DNA of 64,000 nucleotides from Pedobacter sp. Lineage in GTDB: Bacteria; Bacteroidota; Bacteroidia; Sphingobacteriales; Sphingobacteriaceae. The position numbers and the translations under genes were made by a program. This document shows positions 48,061 to 58,857 of the stretch, piece after piece (positions within the stretch are counted from its first letter, which is position 1; each line of letters begins with the position of its first letter). The DNA lies in contig JAVHXV010000008.1 in assembly GCA_031119475.1 (NCBI GenBank), positions 83,244-147,243 of the forward strand. The letters run 5' to 3'. The notes below the pieces were generated by a model. The model ran no database searches. It worked only from the letters and a program-made list of their open reading frames with translations, and had not been told where the DNA came from.

Positions 48061-49968
48061 TTATTTCTTCTCATCATCTTTCACTTCTTCGAAATCAACG
48101 TCGGTTACGCTATCGCCACCTTGTTGTGCTTCGCCTTGGGGAGCTCCTTCTTGAGGCTGTGCTTCCTGACCAGCTTTATACATTTCTTCAGAAGCTGCGT
48201 TCCAAGCATTTTGCAATTCTTCTTGCGCGGCATCAATGTCTGCGAAGTTTCTGGCTGCATGTGCATCTTTCAGTTTTTGAAGTCCGGCTTCGATCGGTGC
48301 TTTTTTATCGGCAGATAATTTTTCGCCAAACTCTTTCAACTGTTTCTCGGTAGAGAAGATCAGTGCATCGGCACCATTGATTTTATCGGCCTCTTCTTTT
48401 GCCCTTGCATCTGCTTCGGCATTGGCTTCTGCTTCCTCTTTCATTTTTTTGATCTCGTCGTCAGTAAGGCCTGATGAAGCTTCGATACGGATTTTCTGCT
48501 CTTTGCCGGTAGCTTTATCTTTTGCACTTACATGCAGGATACCATTGGCATCGATGTCAAATGCAACCTCGATCTGAGGTACACCGCGTGGTGCAGGTGG
48601 AATACCGTCAAGGATAAAACGACCGATGGTACGGTTTTGGTTGGCCATAGGGCGCTCACCTTGCAGGATATGGATTTCTACACTTGGCTGGTTATCAGCT
48701 GCTGTAGAGAAAGTTTCTGCTTTCTTAGATGGAATAGTCGTATTGGCCTCGATCAATTTGGTCATTACACCACCCATGGTTTCGATACCTAAAGAAAGTG
48801 GTGTCACATCTAACAAGAGTACATCCTTCACCTCACCTGTCAATACACCCCCTTGGATCGCTGCGCCAATGGCTACCACTTCATCAGGATTTACACCTTT
48901 GCTCGGCTCTTTTCCAAAGAAGCTTTTTACTGCATCCTGGATTGCTGGAATACGTGTTGATCCACCTACCAAGATAATTTCATCGATATCACCTACGCTA
49001 AGTCCGGCATTTTTCAGGGCCGATTTACATGGGTCAATGGTACGTTTGATCAGGTCGCCAGCCAATTGCTCAAATTTAGCACGGCTCAATGTCCTCACCA
49101 AGTGTTTAGGACCACTGGCATCGGCAGTGATATATGGCAAGTTGATTTCTGTTGATGTCGTACTTGATAATTCAATCTTTGCTTTTTCAGCTGCTTCTTT
49201 CAAACGTTGCAATGCCATCGGATCTTTGTGCAAATCCATGCCATTCTCTGTTTTGAACTCTTCTGCCAACCACTCAATGATCACGTGGTCAAAGTCGTCA
49301 CCACCCAAGTGCGTATCGCCATCGGTAGATTTAACTTCAAATACGCCATCGCCCAATTCCAATACAGAAACGTCGTGCGTACCTCCACCACAGTCGAAGA
49401 CCACAATTTTCATGTCCTTGTGTGCTTTATCCAGACCATAGGCCAAGGCAGCCGCTGTAGGCTCGTTGATAATCCTTTTTACGTTCAGACCAGCAATTTC
49501 GCCAGCTTCCTTGGTTGCCTGACGCTGTGCATCATTAAAATAGGCAGGAACGGTAATTACCGCTTCGCTCACTTCCTGGCCCAAGAAATCTTCAGCAGTT
49601 TTTTTCATTTTCTGCAAGATCATGGCCGAAATTTCCTGTGGTGTGTATTTGCGATCGTCGATTTCCACACGTGGCGTGTTGTTATCACCCTTAATCACCT
49701 GATAAGGTACACGCGAAATTTCTTTGGCCACTTCGGCATAATTACTGCCCATGAAGCGTTTGATCGAATAGATTGTCTTAGTGGGATTTGTGATCGCCTG
49801 ACGTTTTGCAGGTTCACCCACTTTGCGCTCGCCATTTTCTGCAAAAGCAACAATAGATGGCGTAGTACGCTTACCCTCGCTGTTGGCTATAACTACAGGT
49901 TCATTACCTTCCATTACGGAAACGCAAGAGTTTGTTGTTCCTAAGTCTATACCAATTATTTTTCCCAT
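48061..49968 (-). CDS. dnaK: Chaperone DnaK (Hsp70)
   Basis: [42 protein letters not shown]. Confidence 0.98.
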   Translation of the reverse strand: MGKIIGIDLGTTNSCVSVMEGNEPVVIANSEGKRTTPSIVAFAENGERKVGEPAKRQAITNPTKTIYSIKRFMGSNYAEVAKEISRVPYQVIKGDNNTPRVEIDDRKYTPQEISAMILQKMKKTAEDFLGQEVSEAVITVPAYFNDAQRQATKEAGEIAGLNVKRIINEPTAAALAYGLDKAHKDMKIVVFDCGGGTHDVSVLELGDGVFEVKSTDGDTHLGGDDFDHVIIEWLAEEFKTENGMDLHKDPMALQRLKEAAEKAKIELSSTTSTEINLPYITADASGPKHLVRTLSRAKFEQLAGDLIKRTIDPCKSALKNAGLSVGDIDEIILVGGSTRIPAIQDAVKSFFGKEPSKGVNPDEVVAIGAAIQGGVLTGEVKDVLLLDVTPLSLGIETMGGVMTKLIEANTTIPSKKAETFSTAADNQPSVEIHILQGERPMANQNRTIGRFILDGIPPAPRGVPQIEVAFDIDANGILHVSAKDKATGKEQKIRIEASSGLTDDEIKKMKEEAEANAEADARAKEEADKINGADALIFSTEKQLKEFGEKLSADKKAPIEAGLQKLKDAHAARNFADIDAAQEELQNAWNAASEEMYKAGQEAQPQEGAPQGEAQQGGDSVTDVDFEEVKDDEKK

Positions 49969-50017
49969 TTGATTTATGTATTTTCTGTTTAATTTTTATT
50001 GTTCTTCCCCAATAATA

Positions 50018-50111
50018 ACAAGCCATGTGCCAATTAGTTTTTGGCAGAAATCTATCAGAAAATACTGTTAAAGTGTAGCTTAAAAAGCCAAAATGGCTGA
50101 CACGTTGGCAG
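50018..50111 (-). promoter_or_regulatory. Putative sigma-54 promoter and upstream palindromes for dnaK
   Basis: Minus-strand TGGCACATGGCTTGT at 50018-50032; AGCCA-AAA-TGGCT and TGACA-CGT-TGGCA at 50086-50110. Confidence 0.55.
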
Positions 50112-50327
50112 GATAAGAGGGAAAAGAGAAGATGGAAGAAGTAAAATGGAAAAGGTAATAGGGTTGCGAGTGTAAGGATACTAGATTAATAAAATCGATC
50201 TTGTTATACTAAGTCAACCTTGTGGGGTTCCATACTCCCTAGCGCCATGCGCTATCCGCTGGGCATTACTTACTATCACCACTTGCTGCTTGCTACTCGA
50301 TACTTGATACTTGATACCCAAATCCCC

Positions 50328-51515
50328 CTACATTCCCAACAACTTTTCCAATTGATGATATCCGATCCCAAAATAGGCTTTTGTATTTTTGAGTGCAACG
50401 AGAATTTCTTCTTTTCGTTCAGCGCTTGGAGCGTGGCGTTTAATCCCTACCACGAGCACATTCTTCGGCGTATGGGCATCTGAAATAAATTCGAAAACTT
50501 TGGTCTTGTAGCCAAAATATTCCAGGATCAAGGCCCTGATCCCATCCGTAACCATTTCTGCCTGACGTTCCATAAAAATGCCATATTGGGTCAAAAAGGA
50601 AACCTCATTTCTGACTTTATGCTTTTCCATTTCTCTTCTGATCTGTTTATGGCAACATGGTGCCACTACGATCAATCCCGCATCAGCCTTTATGCCTTTA
50701 AAGATAGCGTCGTCTGTAGCGGTATCGCAGGCATGGAGGGCAATGAGCAGATCGATGTTGCCCACTTCATAATTTTGAATAGTGCCCTGTACAAAATCCA
50801 GCTGCTCAAATTTAGATTCTCTGGCGATGTCGTTACATAGGGCTACCAGATCTTCACGGAATTCTACGCCGGTAACCTTGGCATTTAATTTAAGCTGATG
50901 ATGAAGGTAATCGTATAACGCGAAGGTCAGGTATCCTTTCCCCGAACCCATGTCCACCACATTTTGAATGCTCCCTGCCGGCAGCTCCTTGATCAGCGAA
51001 TGCAGGATTTCGATATACTGGTTAACCTGCCTGTACTTATCCTGTGCATTTTTGAAAACATTTCCCTCTGCATCGGTAATTTTTAAGGCGTGGAGGTAAT
51101 CCTTGCCCGCAGGCTTGATTAAACGCTGCTTGGCCTTGTCGTGCGAAAGATCAATTTGCTGGGGCTTGGCCAACTCTTTTTTCCTTAGCCTGAATTGACC
51201 TTTTTTTTGCTGTTCAATAATGATTTCCTCATCAACAGTAAATAAAGTGCAGATCTTGAAATCCTGCTCAACCAATTGCTCGAGCAGCTTTATACCTTCC
51301 TGAATCGCATAGTTTTTAAAAATGTCCCTGGTTTGGTATCGGTAAGTGAAAGAAAGCATGCGCTTCCGCTTGATCAGCGTGGGCCTAACATATATATTCT
51401 TTAGTCCGGATTCATTGCCCTGATAGTTGCCAAGCGAAAGCTTAACAAAATTTTCAGTAGCTATCGCTTCATTTAAGAGGTTAAAGAATTGCAATAAGAC
51501 CTGATGCTGCTCCAT
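50328..51515 (-). CDS. Class I SAM-dependent methyltransferase
   Basis: VDMGSGKGYL, ALHACDTATD, APCCH, HTPKN; start taken at MEQHQ after TATTTTTG. Confidence 0.88.
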   Translation of the reverse strand: MEQHQVLLQFFNLLNEAIATENFVKLSLGNYQGNESGLKNIYVRPTLIKRKRMLSFTYRYQTRDIFKNYAIQEGIKLLEQLVEQDFKICTLFTVDEEIIIEQQKKGQFRLRKKELAKPQQIDLSHDKAKQRLIKPAGKDYLHALKITDAEGNVFKNAQDKYRQVNQYIEILHSLIKELPAGSIQNVVDMGSGKGYLTFALYDYLHHQLKLNAKVTGVEFREDLVALCNDIARESKFEQLDFVQGTIQNYEVGNIDLLIALHACDTATDDAIFKGIKADAGLIVVAPCCHKQIRREMEKHKVRNEVSFLTQYGIFMERQAEMVTDGIRALILEYFGYKTKVFEFISDAHTPKNVLVVGIKRHAPSAERKEEILVALKNTKAYFGIGYHQLEKLLGM

Positions 51516-51634
51516 GGTATGATCTTGCAAAAATACATCAAATAAAATCAAAATATTACGTTAAATACTGGTTGTGCTATTTCATTTCCTAAAATTAAGC
51601 ACTAAATTAGGTAGACCAAACTACAAACGTATAC

Positions 51635-53371
51635 ATGAGCGATTTTCAGATCAAGAAATCCCCTACCCTCTATGATGCCATTATTGTTGGCTCTGGTGCG
51701 GGAGGAGGAATGGCAGCCTATGTGCTGGCCAATGCCGGAAAAAAAGTGTTGATGCTCGAGGCGGGGCAATATTTCGATCCACGTTTAGATGCCCATCAAC
51801 TCAAATGGCCCTGGGAGTCGCCTCGTCGGGGTGCTGGGACCGTTCGTCCCTTTGGCGATTTTGATGCTTCTTATGGGGGATGGCAACTTGACGGCGAACC
51901 TTATACCAAAAAGGATAAAACTGAATTCGAATGGTTCCGCTCACGCATGTTGGGCGGGAGGACTAACCATTGGGGAAGGATCTCGCTGAGGATGGGACCT
52001 ATCGACTTTAAGCCAACAGATGGATTGACCGATCCGTGGCCCATTACCTATGATGACCTTAAGCCTTTTTACGATAAGGTAGACCGCATGATCGGCATCT
52101 ATGGCACCGTTGAGGGGATAGAAAACGAACCGGACGGCATCTTCATGAAGCCACCAAAACCTAGGCTCAACGAACTCTTCATCAAAAAAGGGGCAGAAAA
52201 AGCTGGAGTTCCAGTTATTACCGGTCGTGGTGCCGTAATGACCGAAGAAATAAAAGGGAATAAGGACCGTGCACCTTGCTTTTATTGTGGTCAATGCGGC
52301 AGGAGCTGTAAGGTCTATGGAGATTTCTCCGCTTCATCGTGCCTCGTCATTCCGGCTGTAAATACCGGAAACGTTAAGCTCATCACAGATGCCATGGTGA
52401 GGGAAGTAATTACCGATAAGAGCGGAAAAGCTGTTGGCGTTTCTTATGTCAATAAAAAAGATCTTCAGGAATATCAGGTCAATGGCAAGCTCATTATCTT
52501 GGGAGCTAGTGCCTGCGAGTCAGCAAGGATCTTGCTCAACTCTAAGTCCAGTGCCCATCCCAACGGATTAGCAAACGGCAGTGGCATTGTGGGGAAATAT
52601 CTGCATGATTCAACAGGCGCGGGTGTTTCTGGCTTCTTGCCCCAACTCATGGACCGCAAGCGTTACAATGAAGATGGATTGGGCAGTGTTCACATCTATT
52701 CGCCTTGGTGGGGAGATCATAAAAAATTAGACTTTCCACGTGGCTATCACATCGAGTACAGTGGCGGCATGCACATGCCATCTTATGGATTTGGCGGAGG
52801 TGTACCGACCATGAACGGTTTGGTGCCCGACAAAAATGGAAAGATGAAAGAAGCTGGAGGTTATGGGAAATCGTTAAAAGAAGATTATCGTCGTTTTTAT
52901 GGCACTTCGGTAGGCATGGCCGGAAGGGGAACAGCGATTGCCCGTGAAGACAACTATTGTGAAATTGATCCCAATGTGGTCGACAAATATGGCATCCCTG
53001 TGCTCAGGTTCCATTACAAATGGGCAAAGGAGGAAATCCAGCAGGCCAAACACATGCAGGAGACTTTTCTTTCCATCATGAAAGAGATGGGCGCAATCGT
53101 TACTTCAGAAATCCAGGGACCTGAGACCAATTACGGTCTGTTGGCGCCTGGAAAAATCATCCACGAAGTGGGAACCATTAGGATGGGCGATGATCCTAAA
53201 AAATCGGCATTGAACAAATATTGCCAAGCGCACGAATGCAAAAACCTCTTTGTGGTAGATGCTGCGCCGTTTGTTCAACAGGGCGATAAAAATGCAACAT
53301 GGACCATCCTTGCCCTGGCCATGAGAACGGCAGAATACATTTTATCTGAGCAGAAAAAGCAAAATATCTAA
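51635..53371 (+). CDS. GMC oxidoreductase (glucoside 3-dehydrogenase-like flavoprotein)
   Basis: GSGAGG FAD motif, GGRTNHW, CFYCGQC..C Fe-S cysteines, HEVGTIRMG. Confidence 0.88.
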   Translation: MSDFQIKKSPTLYDAIIVGSGAGGGMAAYVLANAGKKVLMLEAGQYFDPRLDAHQLKWPWESPRRGAGTVRPFGDFDASYGGWQLDGEPYTKKDKTEFEWFRSRMLGGRTNHWGRISLRMGPIDFKPTDGLTDPWPITYDDLKPFYDKVDRMIGIYGTVEGIENEPDGIFMKPPKPRLNELFIKKGAEKAGVPVITGRGAVMTEEIKGNKDRAPCFYCGQCGRSCKVYGDFSASSCLVIPAVNTGNVKLITDAMVREVITDKSGKAVGVSYVNKKDLQEYQVNGKLIILGASACESARILLNSKSSAHPNGLANGSGIVGKYLHDSTGAGVSGFLPQLMDRKRYNEDGLGSVHIYSPWWGDHKKLDFPRGYHIEYSGGMHMPSYGFGGGVPTMNGLVPDKNGKMKEAGGYGKSLKEDYRRFYGTSVGMAGRGTAIAREDNYCEIDPNVVDKYGIPVLRFHYKWAKEEIQQAKHMQETFLSIMKEMGAIVTSEIQGPETNYGLLAPGKIIHEVGTIRMGDDPKKSALNKYCQAHECKNLFVVDAAPFVQQGDKNATWTILALAMRTAEYILSEQKKQNI

Positions 53372-53374
53372 CGT

Positions 53375-53998
53375 ATGAACAGAAGAGATTCGTTAAAGGC
53401 GATCGGGCTTACCGCACTGAGCACAACGGTACTCATAGGTGCCTGCAAGCAAACTGATATAAAAACCGAAGAAACGGCAACTGGCCCCGAGGCTGGTCGG
53501 GAAGCTTGGGAAACCGAGCGGGATAAAAAACTCCATGCCGATACTTTCTTTACCCAGCATGAAATGGCCACCATCACGGTTTTGGTAGATATCATCATCC
53601 CCAAAGACGAGGTATCGGGAAGTGCCACAGATGCCAAAGTTCCAGAATTTATTGAATTTATTGTAAAGGATATACCAGATCATCAGATCCCTTTGCGTGG
53701 CGGACTGAAATGGCTGGATATCCAAAGCTTCAATCGCTTTGAAAAGCCATTCATCGATGCAACTGAAGCGCAACAGATTGAGATTATTGATGAAATCGCC
53801 TATCCTAAAAAAGCAAGGCCAGAAATGCAGGCCGGTGTTGCCTTCTTTAACAGATTGAGAAGTTTAACGGCTTCTGGCTTTTACACCACAGAAATGGGCG
53901 TTAAGGATATCGGTTATGTCGGCAATACGCCAAATCAATGGCCAGGCGTTCCTGCTGATGTCTTGAAGCAATATGGGATGGAAAACGTTAAAATCTGA
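53375..53998 (+). CDS. Gluconate 2-dehydrogenase subunit 3 family Tat carrier protein
   Basis: NRRDSLK twin-arginine, 'IIPKD..SATDAKV.EFI', 'GFYTTE.G..DIGY'. Confidence 0.85.
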   Translation: MNRRDSLKAIGLTALSTTVLIGACKQTDIKTEETATGPEAGREAWETERDKKLHADTFFTQHEMATITVLVDIIIPKDEVSGSATDAKVPEFIEFIVKDIPDHQIPLRGGLKWLDIQSFNRFEKPFIDATEAQQIEIIDEIAYPKKARPEMQAGVAFFNRLRSLTASGFYTTEMGVKDIGYVGNTPNQWPGVPADVLKQYGMENVKI

Positions 53999-54054
53999 TT
54001 GATTGGTTAATTGATTAACTGGTTAATTGGTTAATTGGTTAACTGATGAGCAAT

Positions 54055-54090
54055 AAAAAAGCCCTTTAAGAATTCTTAAAGGGCTTTTTT
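54055..54090. terminator. Bidirectional intrinsic terminator
   Basis: AAAAAAGCCCTTTAAG-AATT-CTTAAAGGGCTTTTTT. Confidence 0.9.
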
Positions 54091-54106
54091 TATGGTTAAC
54101 TGTGAA

Positions 54107-54733
54107 TTAAGCTTTTGGCTCTTCTTCGTTTGCTTCTTCTGTAGCGGCTTCGCCTTCGTTAGCTGGTGCTGCTGGAGCTTCCTCTTCAGTTGCAGGGGTT
54201 TCTTCTGCTACAGCTTCAGTTACCGGAGCAGCTTCTTCTTCAACAACAACTGCATCTTCAACGGCTGCTTCAGCTTTAGGGGCAGCGGCGGCAGGGGCAT
54301 CAGCTTTTTTGGCTTTGCTTCTGCTTCTGCGTGTTGTTTTCTTCTCAGCAGCAGCAGTATCGTTTCCGTATACTTCATTGTAGTCTACCAATTCGATCAG
54401 GGCCATTTCAGCGTTATCGCCCAAACGGTTGTTCAATTTGATGATACGTGTATAACCACCTGGACGGTTAGCTACTTTAGCTGCTACATCACGGAACAAT
54501 TCGGTTACGGTTTCCTTATCTTGTAGGTAAGCAAAAACGGTACGACGTGAGTGGGTAGTATCATTTTTTGATTTGGTGATGATCGGCTCAACATATACGC
54601 GCAAAGCTTTTGCTTTTGCTAAGGTTGTTGTAATTCTTTTGTGTTTGATCAGTGATGATGCCATGTTAGCCAACATCGCTTTTCTGTGCGAAGTTGTTCT
54701 GCCTAAATGGTTGTGTTTTTTACCGTGTCTCAT
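54107..54733 (-). CDS. rplQ: 50S ribosomal protein L17 with acidic Ala/Glu tail
   Basis: [22 protein letters not shown]. Confidence 0.97.
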   Translation of the reverse strand: MRHGKKHNHLGRTTSHRKAMLANMASSLIKHKRITTTLAKAKALRVYVEPIITKSKNDTTHSRRTVFAYLQDKETVTELFRDVAAKVANRPGGYTRIIKLNNRLGDNAEMALIELVDYNEVYGNDTAAAEKKTTRRSRSKAKKADAPAAAAPKAEAAVEDAVVVEEEAAPVTEAVAEETPATEEEAPAAPANEGEAATEEANEEEPKA

Positions 54734-54833
54734 TTTTTGTTTTGTAAAGTGTATACCGTCTCTTTGAACTTAATCTGAGGGAATTATACACTGTGAATAA
54801 TTACGCTGAGCGCTGAGCGCCAAGCGCTATGTG

Positions 54834-55826
54834 TTACTCTTCGTCTAACTTAAATTTAGAAAGGTTCATGCCAAACGATAGTTGCTTAGATTTCACCAGT
54901 TCTTGAATTTCAGTTAAGGATTTCTTTCCAAAGTTTCTGAATTTTAACATATCAGCTACATCGTAAGATACCAAGTCAGCTAAAGTGCGGATGTCTGCTG
55001 CTTTCAGGCAGTTCAGGGCGCGAACAGAAAGATCAAGGTCTACCAGTTCGGTTTTAAGGATTTTGCGCATGTGCAAGATTTCCTCATCCACTTCTTTAGT
55101 TTCTTCTTTGGCCTGAGATTCCAATACCAAGTTCTCATCAGAGAACAACATAAAGTGCTGGATCAAAATTTTGGCTGCTTCTTTCAAAGCTTCTTCCGGA
55201 TGGATCGAACCATCGGTAGAAATGTCCAAGATTAATTTCTCATAATCCGTTTTTTGCTCAACACGATAATTTTCAATCGTATATTTCACATTTTTCATTG
55301 GGGTAAAGATCGAGTCGATCGCAATTACGCCAACAACGGTATCTGTAATTTTATTTTCTTCAGCAGGCACATAACCACGACCTTTGTTGATCGTTAATTC
55401 TACCTCTAAAGTCACTGATTTCTCCATGTTACAGATCACAAAATCAGGGTTGAGCACCTCGAAGTTGTTAGAGAATTTAGTGATGTCTCCGGCCTGGAAC
55501 TGCTCCTGGCCATTAACGATGATGAAAACTTTTTCTGAATCGCCAGAATCACCTACCTTTTTGAAACGTACTTGTTTCAGGTTCAGGATAATCTCTGTTA
55601 AATCTTCTACAACACCTTTGATGGTAGAGAACTCATGTGAAACGCCAGAAAAACGAATACTTGTAATGGCAAAACCTTCTAACGAAGAAAGTAGGATTCT
55701 TCTTAGGGCGTTACCAATTGTTACACCGAAACCGGGCTCTAAAGGACGAAATTCAAATTGACCATCGAAATCGGTTGATTTCTGCATGATTACCTTATCT
55801 GGTTTCTGAAATGCTAAAATTGCCAT
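54834..55826 (-). CDS. rpoA: RNA polymerase alpha subunit
   Basis: [38 protein letters not shown]. Confidence 0.98.
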   Translation of the reverse strand: MAILAFQKPDKVIMQKSTDFDGQFEFRPLEPGFGVTIGNALRRILLSSLEGFAITSIRFSGVSHEFSTIKGVVEDLTEIILNLKQVRFKKVGDSGDSEKVFIIVNGQEQFQAGDITKFSNNFEVLNPDFVICNMEKSVTLEVELTINKGRGYVPAEENKITDTVVGVIAIDSIFTPMKNVKYTIENYRVEQKTDYEKLILDISTDGSIHPEEALKEAAKILIQHFMLFSDENLVLESQAKEETKEVDEEILHMRKILKTELVDLDLSVRALNCLKAADIRTLADLVSYDVADMLKFRNFGKKSLTEIQELVKSKQLSFGMNLSKFKLDEE

Positions 55827-55904
55827 TTATAATGTTTTTAGATCGTTATGTGAATATTGTGTAACGTAAAAATGTTAAAGCCCAGAAGGCTTTAACAAAA
55901 TTGC

Positions 55905-56513
55905 TTACTTAGAGTACAACTCGACGATAAGGTTTTCCTTGATATTTTCTGGGATCTCATCGCGGTTAGGATAAGTTAGGAACTTACCTGATAACTCGCC
56001 TGCATTCCAATCCAACCAATTGAACTTGTTGATTGACCTTCCTGCTACTGAATTCGTAATGGCTTCCAATGTTTTAGATTTCTCGCGAACCGCTACAACA
56101 TCGCCAGCTTTTAATTGATAAGATGGAATATTAACGACTTCACCATTTACGGTAATGTGTTTGTGGCTAACCAATTGACGTGCACCTGAACGGGTTGGCG
56201 CAATGCCTAACCTATAAACGGTGTTATCTAAACGTGCTTCTAGCAATTGCAACAAGTTATCACCAGTGATCCCTTGGCGTGAAGAAGCTTTGGTAAACAG
56301 GTTACGGAACTGCTTTTCCAACACACCATAAGTGTATTTTACTTTTTGCTTTTCCATTAACTGAACCGCGTATTCAGATTGTTTTCCTCTCCTTTTTGAA
56401 GCGCCATGTTGGCCTGGAGGATAATTTTTTCTGTCTAATACTTTATCAGGGCCGAAAATTGGCTCTCTGAACTTACGGGCTATTTTGGACTTTGGTCCTG
56501 TATATCTTGCCAT
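55905..56513 (-). CDS. rpsD: 30S ribosomal protein S4
   Basis: MARYTGP, LEARLDN, ARQLVSH, IVELYSK. Confidence 0.98.
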   Translation of the reverse strand: MARYTGPKSKIARKFREPIFGPDKVLDRKNYPPGQHGASKRRGKQSEYAVQLMEKQKVKYTYGVLEKQFRNLFTKASSRQGITGDNLLQLLEARLDNTVYRLGIAPTRSGARQLVSHKHITVNGEVVNIPSYQLKAGDVVAVREKSKTLEAITNSVAGRSINKFNWLDWNAGELSGKFLTYPNRDEIPENIKENLIVELYSK

Positions 56514-56579
56514 TTGATTGTGATTTTAAAGTATCATCCCGACCGCATCGGGAGACTCTTAGCTTTAAAAATTAATTGA

Positions 56580-56969
56580 TTATACTCTTCTTTTCTTAGG
56601 TGGGCGACATCCATTGTGTGGAAGTGGCGTAATGTCCTTGATTGAGGTAACCTCAATTCCGGCAACTTGCAAAGTTCTGATCGCCGACTCACGGCCAGAT
56701 CCAGGACCTTTTACAAATACCTCTACTTTACGAAGACCTAAGTCGAACGCTACCTTACCGCAATCAGATGCAGCTTGGCCAGCAGCATAAGGCGTGTTCT
56801 TTTTAGAACCTTTGAAGCCCATTTTACCAGCTGAAGACCATGAGATGGTCTGGCCATTGTTGTTGGTCAGCGTAACAATGATGTTGTTGAACGTAGCGTT
56901 GATGTGTGCCTGTCCGACAGACTCGATCTGAACGATACGTTTTTTGGTGATTTTTTTACTTTTAGCCAT
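56580..56969 (-). CDS. rpsK: 30S ribosomal protein S11
   Basis: [32 protein letters not shown]. Confidence 0.98.
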   Translation of the reverse strand: MAKSKKITKKRIVQIESVGQAHINATFNNIIVTLTNNNGQTISWSSAGKMGFKGSKKNTPYAAGQAASDCGKVAFDLGLRKVEVFVKGPGSGRESAIRTLQVAGIEVTSIKDITPLPHNGCRPPKKRRV

Positions 56970-57117
56970 TTTGCTTTTTTAGATTTGAGATCTGAGACTT
57001 GAGATAGGAGAATAGCTCCAACTCGGCACTCAGTATCTAAATTTATCTTTTATTCCAGATTTGGGCAGATTTATAAAATGTTCTCACATCTCACATCTCG
57101 CGCCTCAGATCTATCGA

Positions 57118-57495
57118 TTATTTAGTTGCTTTTTTCTTGTTAGCCACAGTTTTTCTCTTTCCTTTACGGGTACGAGAGTTGTTTTTGGTACGCTGACCAC
57201 GAACAGGCAAGCCCTTTCTATGGCGTAGACCACGGTAGCAACCGATATCCATTAAACGTTTGATGTTCAACTGAACCTCAGAACGCAATGCGCCTTCAAC
57301 TTTGATCCCGTCGTTGATGATGGTACGGATTGCCGACAATTCATCATCCGACCAATCTTGTACTTTTTTGTTGAAATCAATACCTGCCTCAGTTAAGATC
57401 TGCTGAGCAGTCGATTTACCTATTCCGTAGATATAGGTTAGTCCGATTTCACCTCTTTTGTTTCTTGGTAAATCAATACCTGAAATCCTTGCCAT
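57118..57495 (-). CDS. rpsM: 30S ribosomal protein S13
   Basis: [31 protein letters not shown]. Confidence 0.98.
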   Translation of the reverse strand: MARISGIDLPRNKRGEIGLTYIYGIGKSTAQQILTEAGIDFNKKVQDWSDDELSAIRTIINDGIKVEGALRSEVQLNIKRLMDIGCYRGLRHRKGLPVRGQRTKNNSRTRKGKRKTVANKKKATK

Positions 57496-57568
57496 ATTTG
57501 TTGTTAATTTTTAAGCTGAACGACCGAACGGCGGGCCACCGTTGTACGAATTCGTCCTAATGTTTTAA

Positions 57569-57685
57569 TTATCCCTGACGCTGTTTGAACTTTGGATTTT
57601 TTTTGTTAATCACGTAAAGTTTGCCTTTACGACGAATCACCTTACAATCAGCGCTACGTTTTTTAATTGATGACCTAACTTTCAT
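57569..57685 (-). CDS. rpmJ: 50S ribosomal protein L36 (lacks full zinc ribbon), not in the ORF track
   Basis: [38 protein letters not shown]. Confidence 0.97.
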   Translation of the reverse strand: MKVRSSIKKRSADCKVIRRKGKLYVINKKNPKFKQRQG

Positions 57686-57742
57686 TTCTCTATTGTTTAT
57701 CGGCAATGGAACTAGCACAGGCAATTGCCTGCAATAGTCCAT

Positions 57743-57961
57743 CTATTTGTATCTATATGTTATCCTACCCTTCGTCAAATCGTAGGGAGACATTTCTAAT
57801 TTTACTTTGTCGCCAGGAAGAATTTTGATGTAGTGCATCCTCATTTTTCCTGAAATGTGCGCAATGATCTCATGCCCATTTTCGAGCTCAACCCGAAACA
57901 TCGCATTCGATAATGCTTCTCTGATTACTCCGTCTTGTTCAATTGAGGCTTGTTTAGCCAT
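57743..57961 (-). CDS. infA: Translation initiation factor IF-1
   Basis: [21 protein letters not shown]. Confidence 0.98.
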   Translation of the reverse strand: MAKQASIEQDGVIREALSNAMFRVELENGHEIIAHISGKMRMHYIKILPGDKVKLEMSPYDLTKGRITYRYK

Positions 57962-58005
57962 ATAATCTTGATTTTTACTTATTTAGCTGCTCTTAAACAG
58001 GGTTG

Positions 58006-58013
58006 CAAAATTA
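58006..58013 (-). promoter_or_regulatory. -7 promoter element for the infA-alpha segment
   Basis: TAATTTTG on the minus strand in the map-infA spacer. Confidence 0.65.
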
Positions 58014-58032
58014 AATAAAAATTTTTAATTTT

Positions 58033-58818
58033 TTACTTTTTTTTATCTAAAACTTCTTCGATCAAAGAAAAGGTAGATAAAATATCCGCTTTCCCTTTTT
58101 TAACAGCAACCGTATGTTCAAAATGTGCCGATGGCTTATTGTCCCTGGTCGTTACTGTCCAGCCATCGTTCCAGAATTTTACCGCAGCAGTTCCTGCGTT
58201 GATCATCGGTTCAATGGCCAGCACCATCCCTTCTTCCAGTTTGATTCCGCTTCCCCGTTTCCCATAGTTCGGCACTTCAGGTTTTTCGTGCAGCTTTACG
58301 CCTACTCCATGTCCAACCAATTCCCTCACTACCCCAAAGCCATTGCGCTCTGCATGCTCTTGTACCGCAAATGCAATATCTCCGATCCGCATCCCTACCA
58401 CTGCCTTTTCAATACCAAGCTGCAAGCATTCCTGGGTAACCTTTACCAGCTTCTGTTTTTCTTCATCTACCTCACCAATGGAAAAGGTAAAGGCCGAATC
58501 GCCAAAAAAGTCGTTCTTGATTACGCCACAATCTACCGAAATCAGGTCTCCTTCTTTGATCACATAATCATTGGGAAAACCATGTACCACCTGGTCGTTC
58601 GGAGAAATGCAGAGCGAATTTGGAAAGCCGCCATAATTCAGAAAGGCCGGTGTTGCACCATGGTCCTTAATGAATTCGTAGGCCAACTGATCAAGCGAAA
58701 GTGTAGTGATGCCTGGACCAATTACCTTGGCTACTTCTGCCAATGTTTTGGAAACCAGCAATGCACTTTCCCTGATCAATTCGATCTCCTCCGGAGATTT
58801 GTAGATGATTTTCGACAT
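58033..58818 (-). CDS. map: Type I methionine aminopeptidase
   Basis: VHGFP, VDCG..GDSA, GHGVG..HE.P, IEPM, AHFEHT. Confidence 0.97.
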   Translation of the reverse strand: MSKIIYKSPEEIELIRESALLVSKTLAEVAKVIGPGITTLSLDQLAYEFIKDHGATPAFLNYGGFPNSLCISPNDQVVHGFPNDYVIKEGDLISVDCGVIKNDFFGDSAFTFSIGEVDEEKQKLVKVTQECLQLGIEKAVVGMRIGDIAFAVQEHAERNGFGVVRELVGHGVGVKLHEKPEVPNYGKRGSGIKLEEGMVLAIEPMINAGTAAVKFWNDGWTVTTRDNKPSAHFEHTVAVKKGKADILSTFSLIEEVLDKKK

Positions 58819-58857
58819 ATAATAATTAGCTAATTAGTTAATGTGCTAATTAGCTGA

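Noticed and set aside
48626-49944. Long plus-strand ORFs (271 and 245 aa) antisense to dnaK
   Set aside because: Antisense shadow ORFs are a known artefact of dnaK codon usage; no independent motifs or start signals
54107-54350. Long acidic tail on L17; zinc-free L36 and S14; map between secY and infA
   Set aside because: Ordinary for Bacteroidota
58114-58833. 239-aa ORF antisense to map, and other short overlapping ORFs in the track
   Set aside because: Fully overlap well-supported genes on the other strand or frame and lack recognisable motifs
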